This document shows, piece after piece, positions 12,092 to 25,730 of a stretch of DNA of 64,000 nucleotides; within the stretch, counting starts at the first letter, position 1; each line of letters opens with the position of its first letter. Position numbers and translations under genes: made by a program. The notes under the pieces were generated by a model. That model saw nothing but the letters and a program-made list of their open reading frames with translations, did no database searches and was not told where the DNA came from. The stretch covers positions 20,090,001-20,154,000 of the forward strand of contig NC_086097.1 of assembly GCF_963921235.1 (NCBI RefSeq). Direction: 5' to 3'. The DNA is from Mobula hypostoma (Eukaryota).

Positions 12092-13354
12092 CACACAGTA
12101 TTTGTTCATGGGATATGGATGTCTTGACCATGCACCATTTATTGTCCACCTCTGAGAAGCCAGTAAGGAGTTAATGATGTGTTTCTGGAGTCACACATTT
12201 CAACTACAAGGATATCAGTGAACTAGAATTGTTTTTGCAACATTCCAGTACTTTTATGATAAGTCAGATTAGTTTTATTTTTAATTCCAGATTAATATGT
12301 ACATCTTAATTTAAATTATTCTGTGGATATGGTGAAAGTGAATCCTAAACTAATTTTCTTGGATCAATGATCCAGAGCTCTGCTAATATCGTAACTCAAC
12401 CATTAGTCCGCCGTGTCACTCCAAAGCAGTGTTGTTCATTTTCCATGTATCGATAAGGAAGGTATATCCAATGTAAAGATTGAGCCAAAGGTGAAACCCC
12501 TAGCTTCAAGAAGTGATGGTGCCCAGGTGTAAAAGTTGTTGCATCCTTGCCGTTTGAGGAATAGGACAACTTAGGTTCTTCAGCTGGAGAAAAAACAGGA
12601 CTGGACGGATTCATTGGGAAAGCTGATCACATTTGAGATCCCCGTTGACCTCAAAGTAAACAAACCTCCCAGTTAGACAGGATGGGTTTGGTAACAACAG
12701 GTTTGAATGTTAGATGTAAGTCTCGGAAATAAAGCTAAAATGTTCTTCCCTGTGCCCTGCAGAAGGGTCTTGGCCAGAAATATTAACTGTATATTCATTT
12801 CCATAGACGCTGCCTGACCTGTTGTGTTCCTCCAGCATTTTATGACTATTGTTTTGGATTTCCAGTATCTCCAGAATCTCTTGTGTCTGAAATATCCATG
12901 AATACTTTTCTCAGGGAAGGTAGTTGCATCATAAACAGATCTCTATTTACTGATGGTGAGTGTGAAGAAAGAATAAGGAAAAACACCTTTAAAAATGGAG
13001 ATTTGCTATTCAGCTAGAAGAAAATATGTATAAAACAAATTTAGAGCAAAATGGCAACATTCAAACAGAAACTTCTCAAAATAATTAAATAACACAGAAT
13101 CATTACACTTAAATGACAATTGTTAATAGCTGTTCACCAGTTATATCCTCAATTGCAGAAAAATAATCCAGTATATAATTATTAACAAGTAGTCCTTGTA
13201 ATTATAGTTAATAATCATAAATAACTTACTTTGTTTAATATTGAGTTATTAATTTCAACAGAACTTTGTTAACACCAGATAACCAGTTTGCGTAATGCTT
13301 ATGATTTAATTTATACAAGTGCATACATAAACTAACAAGTCTAAATGGACTCAC

Positions 13355-13498
13355 ATCATCCAATTCATTTTCCAGGAAAACTTGTTTCTTCCTGAATTCT
13401 TTGACCCTGTTCAATTCTCCTTGAATTAGCTGCATTTCTTTCATCTTTTGCAACATTTTGTTTTGCAAATGCTCAGTTTGTTGGGTGTGGATTTCGAT
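13355..13498 (-). CDS. BBOF1: BBOF1 coding exon 4 (IEIHTQQ...RVKEFRKKQVFLENELDD)
   Basis: TTTCCACAG acceptor, GAT|GTGAGT donor, 144 nt; aligns to human ...IQVERELDD. Confidence 0.92.
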
Positions 13499-13862
13499 CT
13501 GTGGAAATGTAAGAGAAGGTTCAAGCAAAGTTGACTGCAATGCAGCTTTTCACTGAAAACACATTCATTATGTAGGCAGTTCCCCTATATTTATGGAGGA
13601 AATTTTATTTATGTATCTAATCATAGTAGTTCAACAACAAAAAGCATACAGTATATTTTATGTTTGCAGTACGATCACCAAATATGCAAAAACACTCCTG
13701 GTGAACTTAATATCAGAGTGAGCAATTGAGAAGTTAGAAAAAATCTTCCTTACAAAAAGAAATGTTGGACTCTGTACCAAGAAGCAATAATTGGTTGCTT
13801 AATAAACAAATGGAAAACTGATATCAGTCTTTCCTTTTCAAACAAATGGTATAAAATGATAT

Positions 13863-15842
13863 AAAATATGAAAGTTGTATGAAATGTATAGGAAACAGGG
13901 GGTAAATCAGGTGCTTGAGGAGTATAAGAAGTGCAAGAAAATACTTAAGAAAGAAATCAGGAGGGCTAAAAGAAGACATGAGGTTGCCTTGGCAGTCAAA
14001 GTGAAGGATAATCCAAAGAGCTTTTACAAGTATATTAAGAGCAAAAGGATTGTAAGGGATAAAATTGGTCCTCTTGAAGATCAGAGTGGTCGGCTTTGTG
14101 CGGAACCAGAGGAAATGGGGGAGATCTTAAATAGGTTTTTTTGCGTCTGTATTTACTAAGGAAGCTGGCATGAAATCTATGGAATTGAGAGAATCAAGTA
14201 GTGAGACCATGGAAACTGTACAGCTGTACAGATTAAAAAGGAGAGGTGCTTGCTGTCTTGAGGAAAATTAAAGTAGCTAAATCCCCGGGACCTGACAGAG
14301 TGTTCCCTCGGACCTTGGAGGAGGCTAGTGTTGAAATTGAGGGGGCCCTGGCAGAAATATTTAAAATGTCGCTGTCTACAGGTGAAGTGCCGGAGGATTG
14401 GAGAGTGGCTCATGTCGTTCCGTTGTTTAAAAAAAGATCAAAAAGTAATCCGGGAAATTATAGGCCGGTGAGTTTAACGTCAGTAGTAGGTAAGTTATTG
14501 GAGGGAGTACTAAGAGACAGAATCTACAAGCATTTGGATAAACAGGGGCTTATTAGGGAAAGTCAACATGGCTTTGTGCGTGGTAGGTCATGTTTGACCA
14601 ATCTGTTGGAGTTTTTCGAGGAGGTTACCAGGAAAGTGGATGAAGGGAAGGCAGTGGATATTGTCTACATGGACTTCAGTAAGGCCTTTGACAAGGTCCC
14701 ACATGGGAGGTTAGTTAGGAAAATTCAGTCACTAGGTATACATGGAGAGGTGGTAAATTGGATTAGACATTGGCTCGATGGAAGAAGCCAGAGAGTGGTG
14801 GTAGAGAATTGCTTCTCTGAGTGGAGGCCTGTGACTAGTGGTGTGCCACAGGGATCAGTGCTGGGTCCATTGTTATTTGTCATCTATATCAATGATCTGG
14901 ATGATAATGTGGTAAATTGGATCAGCAAGTTTGCTGATGATACAAAGATTGGAGGTGTAGTAGACAGTGAGGAAGGTTTTCAGAGCCTGCAGAGGGACTT
15001 GGACCAGCTGGAAAAATGGGCTGAAAAATGGCAGATGGAGTTTAATACTGACAAGTATGAGGTATTGCACGTTGGAAGGACAAACCAACGTAGAACATAC
15101 AGGGTTAATGGTAAGGCACTCAGGAGTGCAGTGGAACAGAGGGATCTGGGAATACAGATACAAAATTCCCTAAAAGTGTCGTCACAGGTAGATAGGGTCG
15201 TAAAGAGAGCTTTTGGTACATTGGCCTTTATTAATCGTAGTATTGAGTATAAGAGCTGGAATGTTATGATGAGGTTGTATAAGGCATTGGCGAGACCGAA
15301 TCTGGAATATTGTGTTCAGTTTTGGTCACCAAATTACATGTAGGATATAAATAAGGTTGAAAGAGTGCAGAGAAGGTTTACAAGGATGTTGCCGGGACTT
15401 GAGAAACTCAGTTACAGAGAAAGGTTGAATAGGTTAGGACTTTATTCCCTGGAGTGTAGAAGAATGAGGGGAGATTTGATAGAGGTATATAAAATTATGA
15501 TGGGTATAGATAGAGTGAATGCAAGCAGGCTTTTTCCACTGAGGCAAGGGGAGAAAAAAACCCGAGGACATGGGTTAAGGGTGAGGGGGGAAAAGTTTAA
15601 AGGGAACATTAGAGGGGGCTTCTTCACACAGAGAGTGGTGGGAGTATGGAATGAGCTGCCAGACAAGGTGGTAAATGTGGGTTCTTTTTTAACATTTAAG
15701 AATAAATTGGACAGATACATGGATGGGAGGTGTATGGAGGGATATGGTCCGTGTGCAGGTCAGTGGGACTAGGCAGAAAATGGTTCAGCACAGCCAAGAA
15801 GGGCCAAAAGGCCTGTTTCTGTGCTGTAGTTTCTATGGTTTC
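13863..15842 (+). mobile_element. Young 5'-truncated CR1 LINE (RT domain largely intact)
   Basis: 365-aa ORF with [43 protein letters not shown] tail; 13-bp TSD TATAAAATGATAT at 13850-13862 and 15843-15855. Confidence 0.96.
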
Positions 15843-16249
15843 TATAAAATGATATGCAGCCATGCTGACAAACAAAGTAGAGATATGCTGTAGATTAGGG
15901 TAAGCTCCTCTTGTAGTAGAACAGGCTTAAAGGCAGGCTGGATAATTTTTTGCTCTTGCATCTGATAAAAACATTTAAGAACAGATAATTGCAGGATAAA
16001 AAGAGCATTCAAAAATTAATCTCACTGCCATGCACTCCTATGACTTAATATTAATCTAATCATCTCTTGATAGGTCATTCTCCCTGGCAAAGCATTCCAT
16101 GTACAAACAAACATTTAGAAAAAGAACTTTCCTCAAACATACTGTGATTTGAGCTGCGACATAGCATGGCCCTTTGTTACCACGGCCACACATTGTACTG
16201 CTAGTTTCAGTATTTTACTCCCTTGCATCCAGAACCAATTACATAAAGT

Positions 16250-18365
16250 TGGTAGCATAGTGGTTAGCACAACGCTTTACAGTACCAGTGACCCAGGGTT
16301 CAATTCCCACCGCTGCCTGTATGGAGTTTGTATGTTCTCCCCGTGACCACGTGGGTTTCCTCCCAGTTTCCTCCTACATTCCAAAGATGTACCAGTGAGT
16401 AGGTTAATTGGCTATTGAAAATTGTCCCATGATTAGGCTCGGATTATAGCAAATAATATCAAAGAGGATACTAAAAGCTTTTTCAAGTACATAAAGAGTA
16501 AAAGACAGGTGAGAGTTGATATAGGACCGATAGAAAATGATGCTGGAGAAATTGTAATGGGAGATAAGGAGATGGCGGAGGAACTGAACAAGTATTTTGC
16601 ATCAGTCTTCACTGAGGAAGACATCAGCAGTATACCGAACACTCAAGGGTAGCAGGGAAGAGAAGTATGCGCAGTCACAATTACGACAGAGAAAGTACTC
16701 AGGAAGCTGAATAGTCAAAAGGTAGATGAATCTCCCGGACCAGATGGAATGCACCCTTGTGTTCTGAAGGAAGTAGCTGTGGAGATTGTGGAGGCATTAG
16801 TGGTGATCTTTCAAAAGGCGATAGATTCTGGCATGGTTCCGGAGGACTGAAGGATTGCAAATGTCACTCCGCTATTTAAGAAGGGGGCAAGGAAGCAAAA
16901 AGGAAATTATAGACCTGTTAGCTTGACATCAGTGGTTGGGAAGTTGTTGGAGTTGATTGTCAAGGATGAGGTTACAGAGTACCTGGAGGTATATGACAAG
17001 ATAGGCAGAACTCAGCATGGATTCCTTAAAGGAAAATCCTGCCTGCCAAACCTATTACAATTTTTTGAGGAAATTACAAGTAGGCTAGACAAGGGAGATG
17101 TAGTGGATGTTGTATATTTGGATTTTCAGAAGGCCTTTGACAAGGTGCCACACATGAGGCTACTTAACAAGATAAGAGCGCATGGAATTACGAGAAAGTT
17201 ACATACGTGGATAGAGCGTTGGCTGATTGGCAAGAAACAGAGAGTGGAATAAAGGAATCCTATTCTGGTTGGCTGCCGGTTACCAGTGGTGTTCCACAGG
17301 GGTCCATGTTGGGGCCACTTCTTTTTACATTGTACATCAACGATTTGGATTATGGAATAGATGGCTTTGTGGCTAAGTTTGCTGACGATACGAAGATAGG
17401 TGGAGGGGCCGGTAGTGCTGAGGAAACGGAGAGTCTGCAGAGAGACTTGGATAGATTGGAAGAATGGACAAAGAAGTGGCAAATGAAATACAATGTTGGA
17501 AAGTGTATGGTTATGCACTTTGGCAGAAGAAATAAACGGGCAGACTATTATTTAAATAGGGAAAGAATTCAAAGTTCTGAGATGCAACGGGACATGGGAG
17601 TCCTCATACAGGATACCCTTAAAGTTAACCTCCAGGTTGAGTCAGTGGTGAAGAAGGCGAATGCAATGTTGGCATTCATTTCTAGAGGAATAGAGTATAG
17701 GGGCAGGGATGTGATGTTGAGGCTCTATAAGGCACTGGTGAGACCTCACTTGGAGTACTGTGGGCAGTTTTGGCCTCCTTATTTAAGAGAGGATGTGCTG
17801 ACGTTGGAGAGAGTACAGAGAAGATTCACTAGAATGATTCTGGGAATGAGAGGGTTAACATATGAGGAACATTTGTCCGTTCTTGGACTGTATTTCTTGG
17901 AGTTTAGAAGAATGAGGGGAGACCTCATAGAAATATTTCGAATGTTGAAAGGCATGGACAGAGTGGATATGGCAAAGTTGTTTCCCATGATGGGGGAGTC
18001 TAGTATGAGAGGGCATGACTTAAGGATTGAGGGGCGCCCATTCAGAACAGAAATGCGAAGAAATTTTTTTAGTCAGAGGGTGGTGAATCTATGGAATTTG
18101 TTGCCATGGGCAGCAGTGGAGGCCAAGTCACTGGATGTATTTAAGGCAGAGATTGATAGGTATCTGAGTAGCCAGGGCATCAAAGGTTATGGTGAGAAGG
18201 CTAAATGGGAGAATGGATCAGCTCATGATAAAATGGCGGAGCAGACTCGATGGGCCGAATGGCCAACTTCTGCTCCTTTGTCTTATGGTCTTATGGATTA
18301 AATCGGGGGATTGCTGTGCAGCGCAGCTTGAAGGACCTATTCTGTGCTGTATCTCAATAAATAAA
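16250..18365 (+). mobile_element. V-SINE/HE1-like SINE (16250-16446 and 18295-18365) split by a CR1 insertion
   Basis: A-box TAGCATAGTGG, B-box GGTTCAATTCC, V-core GGAGTTTGTATGTTCTCCCCGTG; SINE tail resumes after 18300. Confidence 0.8.
16447..18294 (+). mobile_element. CR1 LINE, 5' truncated
   Basis: RT ORFs 16923-17252 and 17207-18301; TCTTATGG tail; TSD GGATTA at 16441-16446 and 18295-18300. Confidence 0.95.
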
Positions 18366-19680
18366 CAAATTTACAAATTGTGGACACTTCCACAATTTCC
18401 TGTTGTGCTATCTGAAACCGAGTACTTCAGGTTTTTGAAAGTTTTGTTAGCACTTTATGCCTCTGAGCATACTTATATCTCAAATGTGTCCTTCACTTTG
18501 TTTCTGTTACTCTTAAAGAATGATTACATAGCATCACATAATGATACAGCACAAAAGGTTGTCATTTATTTGGAGGTACAGCACAGTAACAGGACCTCCT
18601 GGTTCAACAAGCCCACACTGCCCAGTTACACCTATGTGACCAATTAACCTTCTAATCTCTACATCTTTGAAATGTCGGAGGAAACTAGAGCCGGGACAAC
18701 GTACAAACTCCTTACAGACAGCGAAGGGAGTTGAACATGGGTTGCTGGAGCTATAACAGCGTTACACTAACTGCTACGCTATTGTGCTGTCCTCAAGATC
18801 AATCTTTAGGGCAAATATCCAATCCAATTAATCCCTGCGGTTTTACTCCATATCCTGGTAAATCTATAGATATATTTATTGGATTATTCTGCAAGTGATA
18901 CAACAGAATATAGATCAGTTATAGTTATGGACGGAGTACTGGCAGATGGAGTTTAATTTGGGAAAGTGTGAGGTTTTGCACTTTGGGAGGTCAAATATAA
19001 GGGGAAATTGGGACTGATGTACAGAGGCATCCTGGGGTCTATGTCCATAGATAGATAGCAGAGTCTTTTTTCCATGGTAGAAATACATGGAGGATATAGC
19101 TCTAATGAGAGAGGGGGACAGTTTAAAAGTGACCTGTGGATTGTTTCTTTACATGGAGTATAGTAGGTGCCTGGAACTCACTGCAATGATTGGTGCTGGA
19201 AGCAGACACAAAAGTGACCTTTAAGTGTATTTGGACAGGCCAATGAAATTGAACATAGAACGTAGGACGGTATAGCACAGTACAGGCCCTTCGGCCCATG
19301 ATGTTGTGCTGACCGTTTACTCTACTCTAAGATCAATCTAACCTTTACCTACCCCATAGCCCTCCATTTTTCACACTATTTGTTAATGATCTTAATGAAA
19401 GAATTGACGATTTTTGTGGCCAAGTTTGCCGACAATAAAAGATAGGTGGAGGGGCAAGTAATGTTGAGGAAGCAGTGAGACAGCATAAGGTCTTGGATAG
19501 ATTAGAAGAACTGGCAAAAAAACCAAACAGCTGGAGAAATTCAGCAGGTTGAATGGTGTCTGTGGAGGCAAAGAGATAGTTGAAGTTTCAGGGTGAGACT
19601 CTGCATCAGGGTTGAGTTTAGTCTGAAGTTATGTTCTTTACAAATTCCATAAGTACACAGGAAAAACGGCAAACACTCAC

Positions 19681-19746
19681 CATTTTCTTATTCTCATCAG
19701 CCGCTTGTTGCTTTTGATCAATTAACTTCTGTTGAAGTTGGTTAAT
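19681..19746 (-). CDS. BBOF1: BBOF1 coding exon 3 (INQLQQKLIDQKQQAADENKKM)
   Basis: TTTTACAG acceptor, ATG|GTGAGT donor, 66 nt, phase 0-0; coiled-coil segment aligning to human IEKLKQQLNETKEKAQEEKDKL. Confidence 0.88.
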
Positions 19747-20055
19747 CTGTAAAACACAAATTTATTTGATTATATTGACAAGAATCAGCTTTTTTTTAGG
19801 ATCAAAGCCAAATTACTAACAGCTTTTGATTCTCCTCTCATCCTGAATGCAAACACGAAACAGCATGACGCAGAGGTCTCAAAGTAAATTCTCTAACATT
19901 CTGCATGATGATCTAATTAGAATAAGAAAGACTATTCACAAACACTGGAAAAGCAACAGGCTATTCGGTCCATCAACCTTGGTCTGCCTTTCCATCACAT
20001 CAAATTCATTTACCCATCATTGGACCATATCGTTTGAAGTGAAATAGGAATTGAT

Positions 20056-22952
20056 ATGGGAGATGAGGGGAGTAATGAATTAAAAGTATTGTATATGAAT
20101 GCACAGAATATAAGAAATAAAGTGGATAAGCTTGAGGCACAGTTGGAAATTGGTAAGTATGTTGTGGGAATAACAGAGACATGGCTTCAAGTGGACAGGG
20201 CCTGGGAAATGAATATTCAAGGGTATACGTCCTATCGAAAGGTCAGACTGATGGGCAGAGGGGGTGAGGTGGCTCTGTTGGTGAGGAATGATATTCAGTC
20301 CCTTGTGAGGGGGGACATAGAATCAGGAGACATAGAGTCAGTATGGATAGAACTGAGAAATTCTAAGGGTAGAAAGACCCTAATGGGAGTTATCTACAGG
20401 CCCCCAAACAGTAGTCTGGATGTAGGGTGCAAGTTGAATCAAGAGTTAAAATTGGCATGTCGCAAAGGTAATGCTGCAGTTGCTATGGGGGATTTCAACA
20501 TGCAGGTAGACTGGAGGAATCAGGTTGGTGCTGGACCCTAAGAAAGGGAGTTTGTGGAGTCCCTCCGAGATGGATTCTTAGAGCAGCTTGTACTGGAGCC
20601 CACCAGAAAGAACGCAATCAATGAACCAGATTTGATCAGGGACCTCGAGGTAAAGGAGCCATTAGGAGGCAGAGACTATAACATGATAAGTTTTAATCTA
20701 CAATTTGAGAGGGAGAAGGGAAACTCGGAAGTGTCAGTATTACAGTTGAACAAAGGGAACTATGGTGCTATGAGGGAGGAGCTGGCCAAAGTTCAATGGA
20801 ACAATACCCTAGCAGGGATGACAGTGGAACAGCAATGGCAAGTGTTTTTGGGAATAATGCGGAAGGTGCAGGATCAGTTCATTCCAAAGAGGAAGAAAGA
20901 TCCTAAGGGGAGTAAGGGGAGGCCGTAGCTGACAAGGGAAGTGATGGACAGTATAAAAATAAAAGAGAAGTATAACATAGCAAAGACGAGTGGGAAGCCG
21001 GAGGATTGGGAAACTCTTAAAGAGCAACAGAAGGTAAGCAAAAAGGCTATATGTGGAGAAAAAATGAGGTATGAAGGTAAACTAGCCAGGAATATAAAGG
21101 AGGATAGTAAAAACTTCTTTAGATATGTGAAAAGGAAGAAAATAGTTAAGACCAAAATTGAGCCCTTGAAGACAGAAACGGGTGAATTTATTATGGGGAA
21201 CAAGGAAATGGCAGACGAGTTGAACAGGCACTTTGGATTTGTCTTCACTAGGGAAGACACAAACAATCTCCCAGATAAAAGAGTGGCCAAAGGAAATAGG
21301 ATAATTTCCTAGATGAGCTGAAGGAAATTTATATTAGGCAGGAAATGGTGTGAATAGATTGTTGGGTCTGAAGGCTGATAAGTCCCCGGGACCTGATGGT
21401 CTGCATCCCAGGGTACTTCAGAAATCGTGGACACATTGGTAATCATTTTCCAATGTTCTATAGATTCAGGATCAGTTCCTGTGGATTGGAGGGTGGATAA
21501 TGTTGTCCCTCTCTTCAAGAAGGGAGGAAGAGAGAAAACAGGGAATTATAGACCGGTTAGCCTGACTTCGGTGGTGGGAAAGATGCTGGAGTCAATTATA
21601 AAAGATGAAATTACGACACATCTGGATAGCAGTAACAGGATCGTTCCGAATCAGCATGGATTTATGAAGGGGAAATTGTGCTTGACTAATCTTCTGGAAT
21701 TTTTTTGAGGATGTAACTATGAAAATGGACAAGGGCGAGCCAGTGCATCCACCTGGACCTCTGTGTACCTGGACTCTCAGAAAGCCTTTGATAAAGTCCC
21801 ACATAGGAGATTAGTGGGCAAAATTAGGGCACATGGTATTGGAGGCAGAGTACTGACATGGATTGAAAATTGGCTGGCTGACAGAAAACAAAGAGTAGCG
21901 ATTAACGGCTCCCTTTCAGAATGGCAGGCAGTGACCAGTGGGGTACCGGAGGGTTCAGTGCTGGGACCGCAGCTGTTTACAATATATATTAGTGATTTAG
22001 ATGAGGGAATTAAAAGTAACATTAGCAAATTTGCCGATGACACAAAGCTGGGTGGCAAGTGTGAAATGTGAGGAGGATGTTATGAGAATGCAAGGTGACT
22101 TGGACAGGCTGGGTGAGTGGGCAGATGCATGGTAGATGCAGTTTAATGTGGATAAATGTGAGGTTATCCACTTTGGTGGTAAGAACAGGAAGGCAGATTA
22201 TTATCTAAATGGAGTCAAGTTAGGAAAAGGGGAAGTACAACAAGATCTAGGTGTTCTTGTACATCAGTCACTGAAAGCAAGCATGCAAGAAAGCTAATGG
22301 CATGCTGGCCTTCATAACAAGGGGAATTGAGTATAAGAGAAAAGAGGTCCTTCTGCAGCTGTACAGGGCCCTGGTGAGACCACACCTGGAGTACTGTGTG
22401 CAGTTTTGGTCTCCAAATTTGAGGAAGGACATTCTTGCTATTGAGGGAGTGCAGCGTAGGTTCACAAGGTTAATTGCCAGGATGGCGGGACTGTCATATG
22501 TCAAAAGATTGGAGCGACTGGGCTTGTATACTCTGGAATTTAGGAGGCTGAGAGGGGATCTTATTGAAACATATAAGATTATTAAGGGATTGGACACACT
22601 GGAGGCAGGAAGCATGTTCCCGCTGATGGGTGAGTCCAGAACCAGAGGCCACAGTTTAAGAATAAGGGGTAGGCCATTTAGAACGGAGTTGAGGAAAAAC
22701 TTTTTCACCCAGAGAGTGGTGGATATATGAGATAAAAAACTTTTTCACCCAGAGGCTGTGGAGGCCAAGTCACTGGATGCTTTCAAGAAAGAGATGGACA
22801 GAGCTCTTAAAGACAGTGGAATCAAAGGTTATGGGGATAAGGCAGGAACTGGATGCTGATTGTGGATGATCAGCCATGATCACAGTGAATAGCGGTGCTG
22901 GCTCGAAGGGCCAAATGGCCTACTCCTGCACCTGTTGTCTATTGTCTATTGT
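20056..22952 (+). mobile_element. CR1 LINE with nearly complete ORF2 (APE endonuclease plus RT), disrupted
   Basis: KVLYMNAQ, GITETWL, IYRPPN, MGDFN (APE); NYRPVSLTS and FADD (RT); multiple stops and frameshifts; TTGTCTA tail. Confidence 0.95.
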
Positions 22953-23732
22953 CACTCACTGACACAAAATTTTCCAGTCCTGAAAAATCATTCCAGGATC
23001 CAAAGCCATTTGACAAGAAAGTTCCAAATTTCTGCTCTTGTACTAGAAAGTGCATCCTGACTTTGCTTTTGATGGTCTAGACCATGGGTTCCCAACCTAT
23101 GGTCCATGGATCCCTTGTTTTGGTTCATAGCATAAAAACAGTTGGATTTTAAGATTACATGCTCACCATAGAGAGAAAAAAAAGTTTCTCCACTTCTATC
23201 CTGTCATAATTTATAATATTATGAACATTTGAATAATTTCCCAACCTTCTACAGTCAAGGGAGTACAAGCTTGGTTTATGCAACTAGTCCTCATGACTTA
23301 ACCCTATAAGTCCCAATTTTTTTGACTAAAGCTCCACATTTTCAAGATCAATATCCTTCCTGCAAAAGACTGTTGAGAAATGAACAAAGCACTCAAAATG
23401 GGGTCTGACCAAGGTTCTATCCTTTTCCACATAGCATACTCCCTTCAGTATTCCCCCATGAATTTAGCTCTAGCGTTTGCCTTTAATTATACCGATTTAC
23501 TACTTAGCAGGTTGGAAAGGCGACTGAATCTTTATTCTCACATGAAAGAAAATAAACAAATACAGAACTCCATTCAAGTCCTCAAAAAATATCCATGAAA
23601 GGGAATTGCAGTAAAGGAGCCACACTACATCAAACATGGTTGTGTCAGGAACAGGTTTGATAGGGATAAAGAGAAGTATTATATATTAAATAAAATTTAA
23701 ATTCTTGGGAAATCATTCAAGATTCTTTTTAC

Positions 23733-23985
23733 CTTAGCCTCTTTCTCCAAGTCCTGTTTCTTTAAATATGAGATCACTTCCATAGTATTCCTCTCTACTT
23801 GAAACCGATCATTTATTAAAGATTCATTGGCTCTTGCAAGCATTCGCGCTGTGTTGCGATACTCCATTTGTGACTTCTCAATAACATTCAACTTGGATTC
23901 CCACAAAGTAGCATTGACTTTTGCCTTTTCCACATCTGAATCCGTGGAAACCTTCGCATCAGATTTTTCATCTTTTTTCTTTTTT
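23733..23985 (-). CDS. BBOF1: BBOF1 coding exon 2 (KKKKDEKSDAKVSTDSDVEKAKVNATLWESKL...VISYLKKQDLEKEAK)
   Basis: CTTAG acceptor, AAG|GTAAAA donor, 253 nt; matches recalled BBOF1 motifs AKANASLWEARL and VLSYLKKQD. Confidence 0.92.
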
Positions 23986-24569
23986 CTAAGTAGATAAACA
24001 AATATTTCTGAAGGAAATACTTTAAAAAGCTATTTGTTTACTAATTCCCCATTTCCAAAAAAAAACCTAGATTATTTCTGCATCAGGTAGAAAGAACATC
24101 ACTCATTACATCAAAGTTCAAAGTACATATACAGTATGTCACCATATACAGATTCATTTTCTTGTGGGCATTCACAGCAAATACAAAGAAACACAATAGA
24201 ATCAGTGAAAAACTGTACACAACAAACGGCCAAACAACCAATGTGCCAAACAACAAAAAAAAAGATTCATGATAGTCTCAGAATTCCTGGCAGACAGGAA
24301 TCCAGATTAAGTAACTGAGAATGCAGACAATTGAATTCCCACCTATTTATCATTCACAATGTATCCAAGTTCAAGTGGCAGAACTAACACTTCCTAAATT
24401 AAAGGGTTCTGCCCTTCTGACTGTATTTTGGCTGACAACTGTGATGTTTTGGTGCAATTTTGGGTGCTGGCAGGTGATTCCTATCTTCATAAACACAATA
24501 GCCATGATGAAATGGCGGAGCAGACTTGATGGGCCAAATGGCCTAATTCTGCTCCTATATCTTATGGCC

Positions 24570-24935
24570 TTAGATGCTGGAAATCCACAGAAACACACAC
24601 AAAATACTAGAGAAACGCAACATGTCTGGCACCATCTACGGAGGGGAATAAACAATCGACATTTCAGGCCGAGATCCTTCATCAAGACCGGAAAGAAAGG
24701 GGAAGAAGCCAGAATAAGGAGGGGGAAAGACAGAAGTTGGCAGGTGAAAGGTGAAGCCAGGTGAAGGGGAAGGTGGGTGGGTGGGAGAGGTGGGAATGAA
24801 GTGAGAAGTTGGGAGGTGATTGGTGAAAAAGGTGGACTGAAGAAGAGGGAATGCTAAAGAGTATAAGAGTGGAAGTGGCAGCAGAGAGAGGAGACAGGCA
24901 GGTGAGGTGACAGAGAAGGAGTAAGAGGAAAGCTG
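24570..24935 (-). mobile_element. Penelope-like terminal-repeat fragment with hammerhead-like motif
   Basis: Shared family motif AGATGCTGGAAATCC..CACACACAAAAT followed by a purine-rich tract; ribozyme-like core at 24653-24690. Penelope assignment inferred. Confidence 0.65.
24653..24690 (-). ncRNA. Degenerate minimal type I hammerhead ribozyme motif
   Basis: CGGTC-TTGATGA-AGG ATCTCGG CCT-GAAA-TGTC-GATTG; C3 of the core is U. Confidence 0.55.
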
Positions 24936-25387
24936 TCAACTCCTCATTTTTTGCTTCTTAACTAAATTTGGAGAAGGGTCCTAACATCTAACCTTGGCTG
25001 TGCTCACATCTAACAAATTTTAGTAATTGGCCCACAGAACCCGATCCTCTTTGCGTTCCATGTTGCTTGTAATGTCTCCATTTTTCACAAATGGAAAATG
25101 TATCTTTATTAGCTTTTCGACTGTAGTGTTACGTTTATTGGTAGATCTACTGTGACAAGGAGTCATATCCCAAACATTTACCTTTTTCCTGATGCTGAAC
25201 AGCATGCCACTCGACCCCAGCAATTTGGTTCAGTACTTGAAAGGAATGCGATTCATGTTTACAAGTTTCTGCCCCAGCAAAACCTTCCTTCATTTTGACA
25301 GCAGGTTAAAATAAAAGCAAGACAGAAGCGGCTAGACTCAATGTTGCAAACAAATTATTTCAGTGAAATAAACAAAAGCAGGGTTAC

Positions 25388-25407
25388 CCTTTTGCTTTCT
25401 TCGGCAT
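25388..25407 (-). CDS. BBOF1: BBOF1 coding exon 1 (MPKKAK-G)
   Basis: ACCATGCCG start at 25407; donor GG|GTAACC, phase 2; joins exon 2 in frame to give the lysine-rich N-terminus MPKKAKGKKKKDEK, like human BBOF1. Confidence 0.8.
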
Positions 25408-25486
25408 GGTGAAGTGTAGTTAAATTCAGAGTTGCTGTACTGGAAGTTAATTCGCTTTCAGTCGGTCACGCACCAGGCCTGCAGCC

Positions 25487-25556
25487 GTTACCTAGGAAAC
25501 GGGATACACAATGTTTGGGTGACGTGATATGCAAGGAACATACTTCTGTGACGTAA
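25487..25556. promoter_or_regulatory. BBOF1 proximal promoter: RFX X-box plus two CRE-like sites
   Basis: GTTACCTAGGAAAC (25487-25500), TGACGTGA (25520-25527), TGACGTAA (25549-25556), about 80-150 nt upstream of the BBOF1 ATG; X-boxes are typical of ciliary gene promoters. Confidence 0.7.
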
Positions 25557-25730
25557 TACGCAGAACTTCTCGTGTAATTTAGAAGTTCTGGGATATACGT
25601 TTATAATATACATGTTTAATCTGCTTGCTGATTTACATTGCGTTTGAAATGCTTTATACTGAATTTTCTAAATATAAACTCGTGCAAGGGAGAACAAAGT
25701 GTTCAAATTTGGTCTCCACACATACAATGC

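Noticed and set aside
14246..15343. 365-aa and 364-aa (17207-18301) ORFs as host genes
   Set aside because: They are CR1 reverse-transcriptase fragments with TSDs and tails, 5' truncated.
23697..23933. ORF-track boundaries for BBOF1 and ENTPD5 pieces (also 13235-13540, 30601-30852, 35442-35663)
   Set aside because: These ORFs run into introns; true exon limits were set from splice sites and phase.
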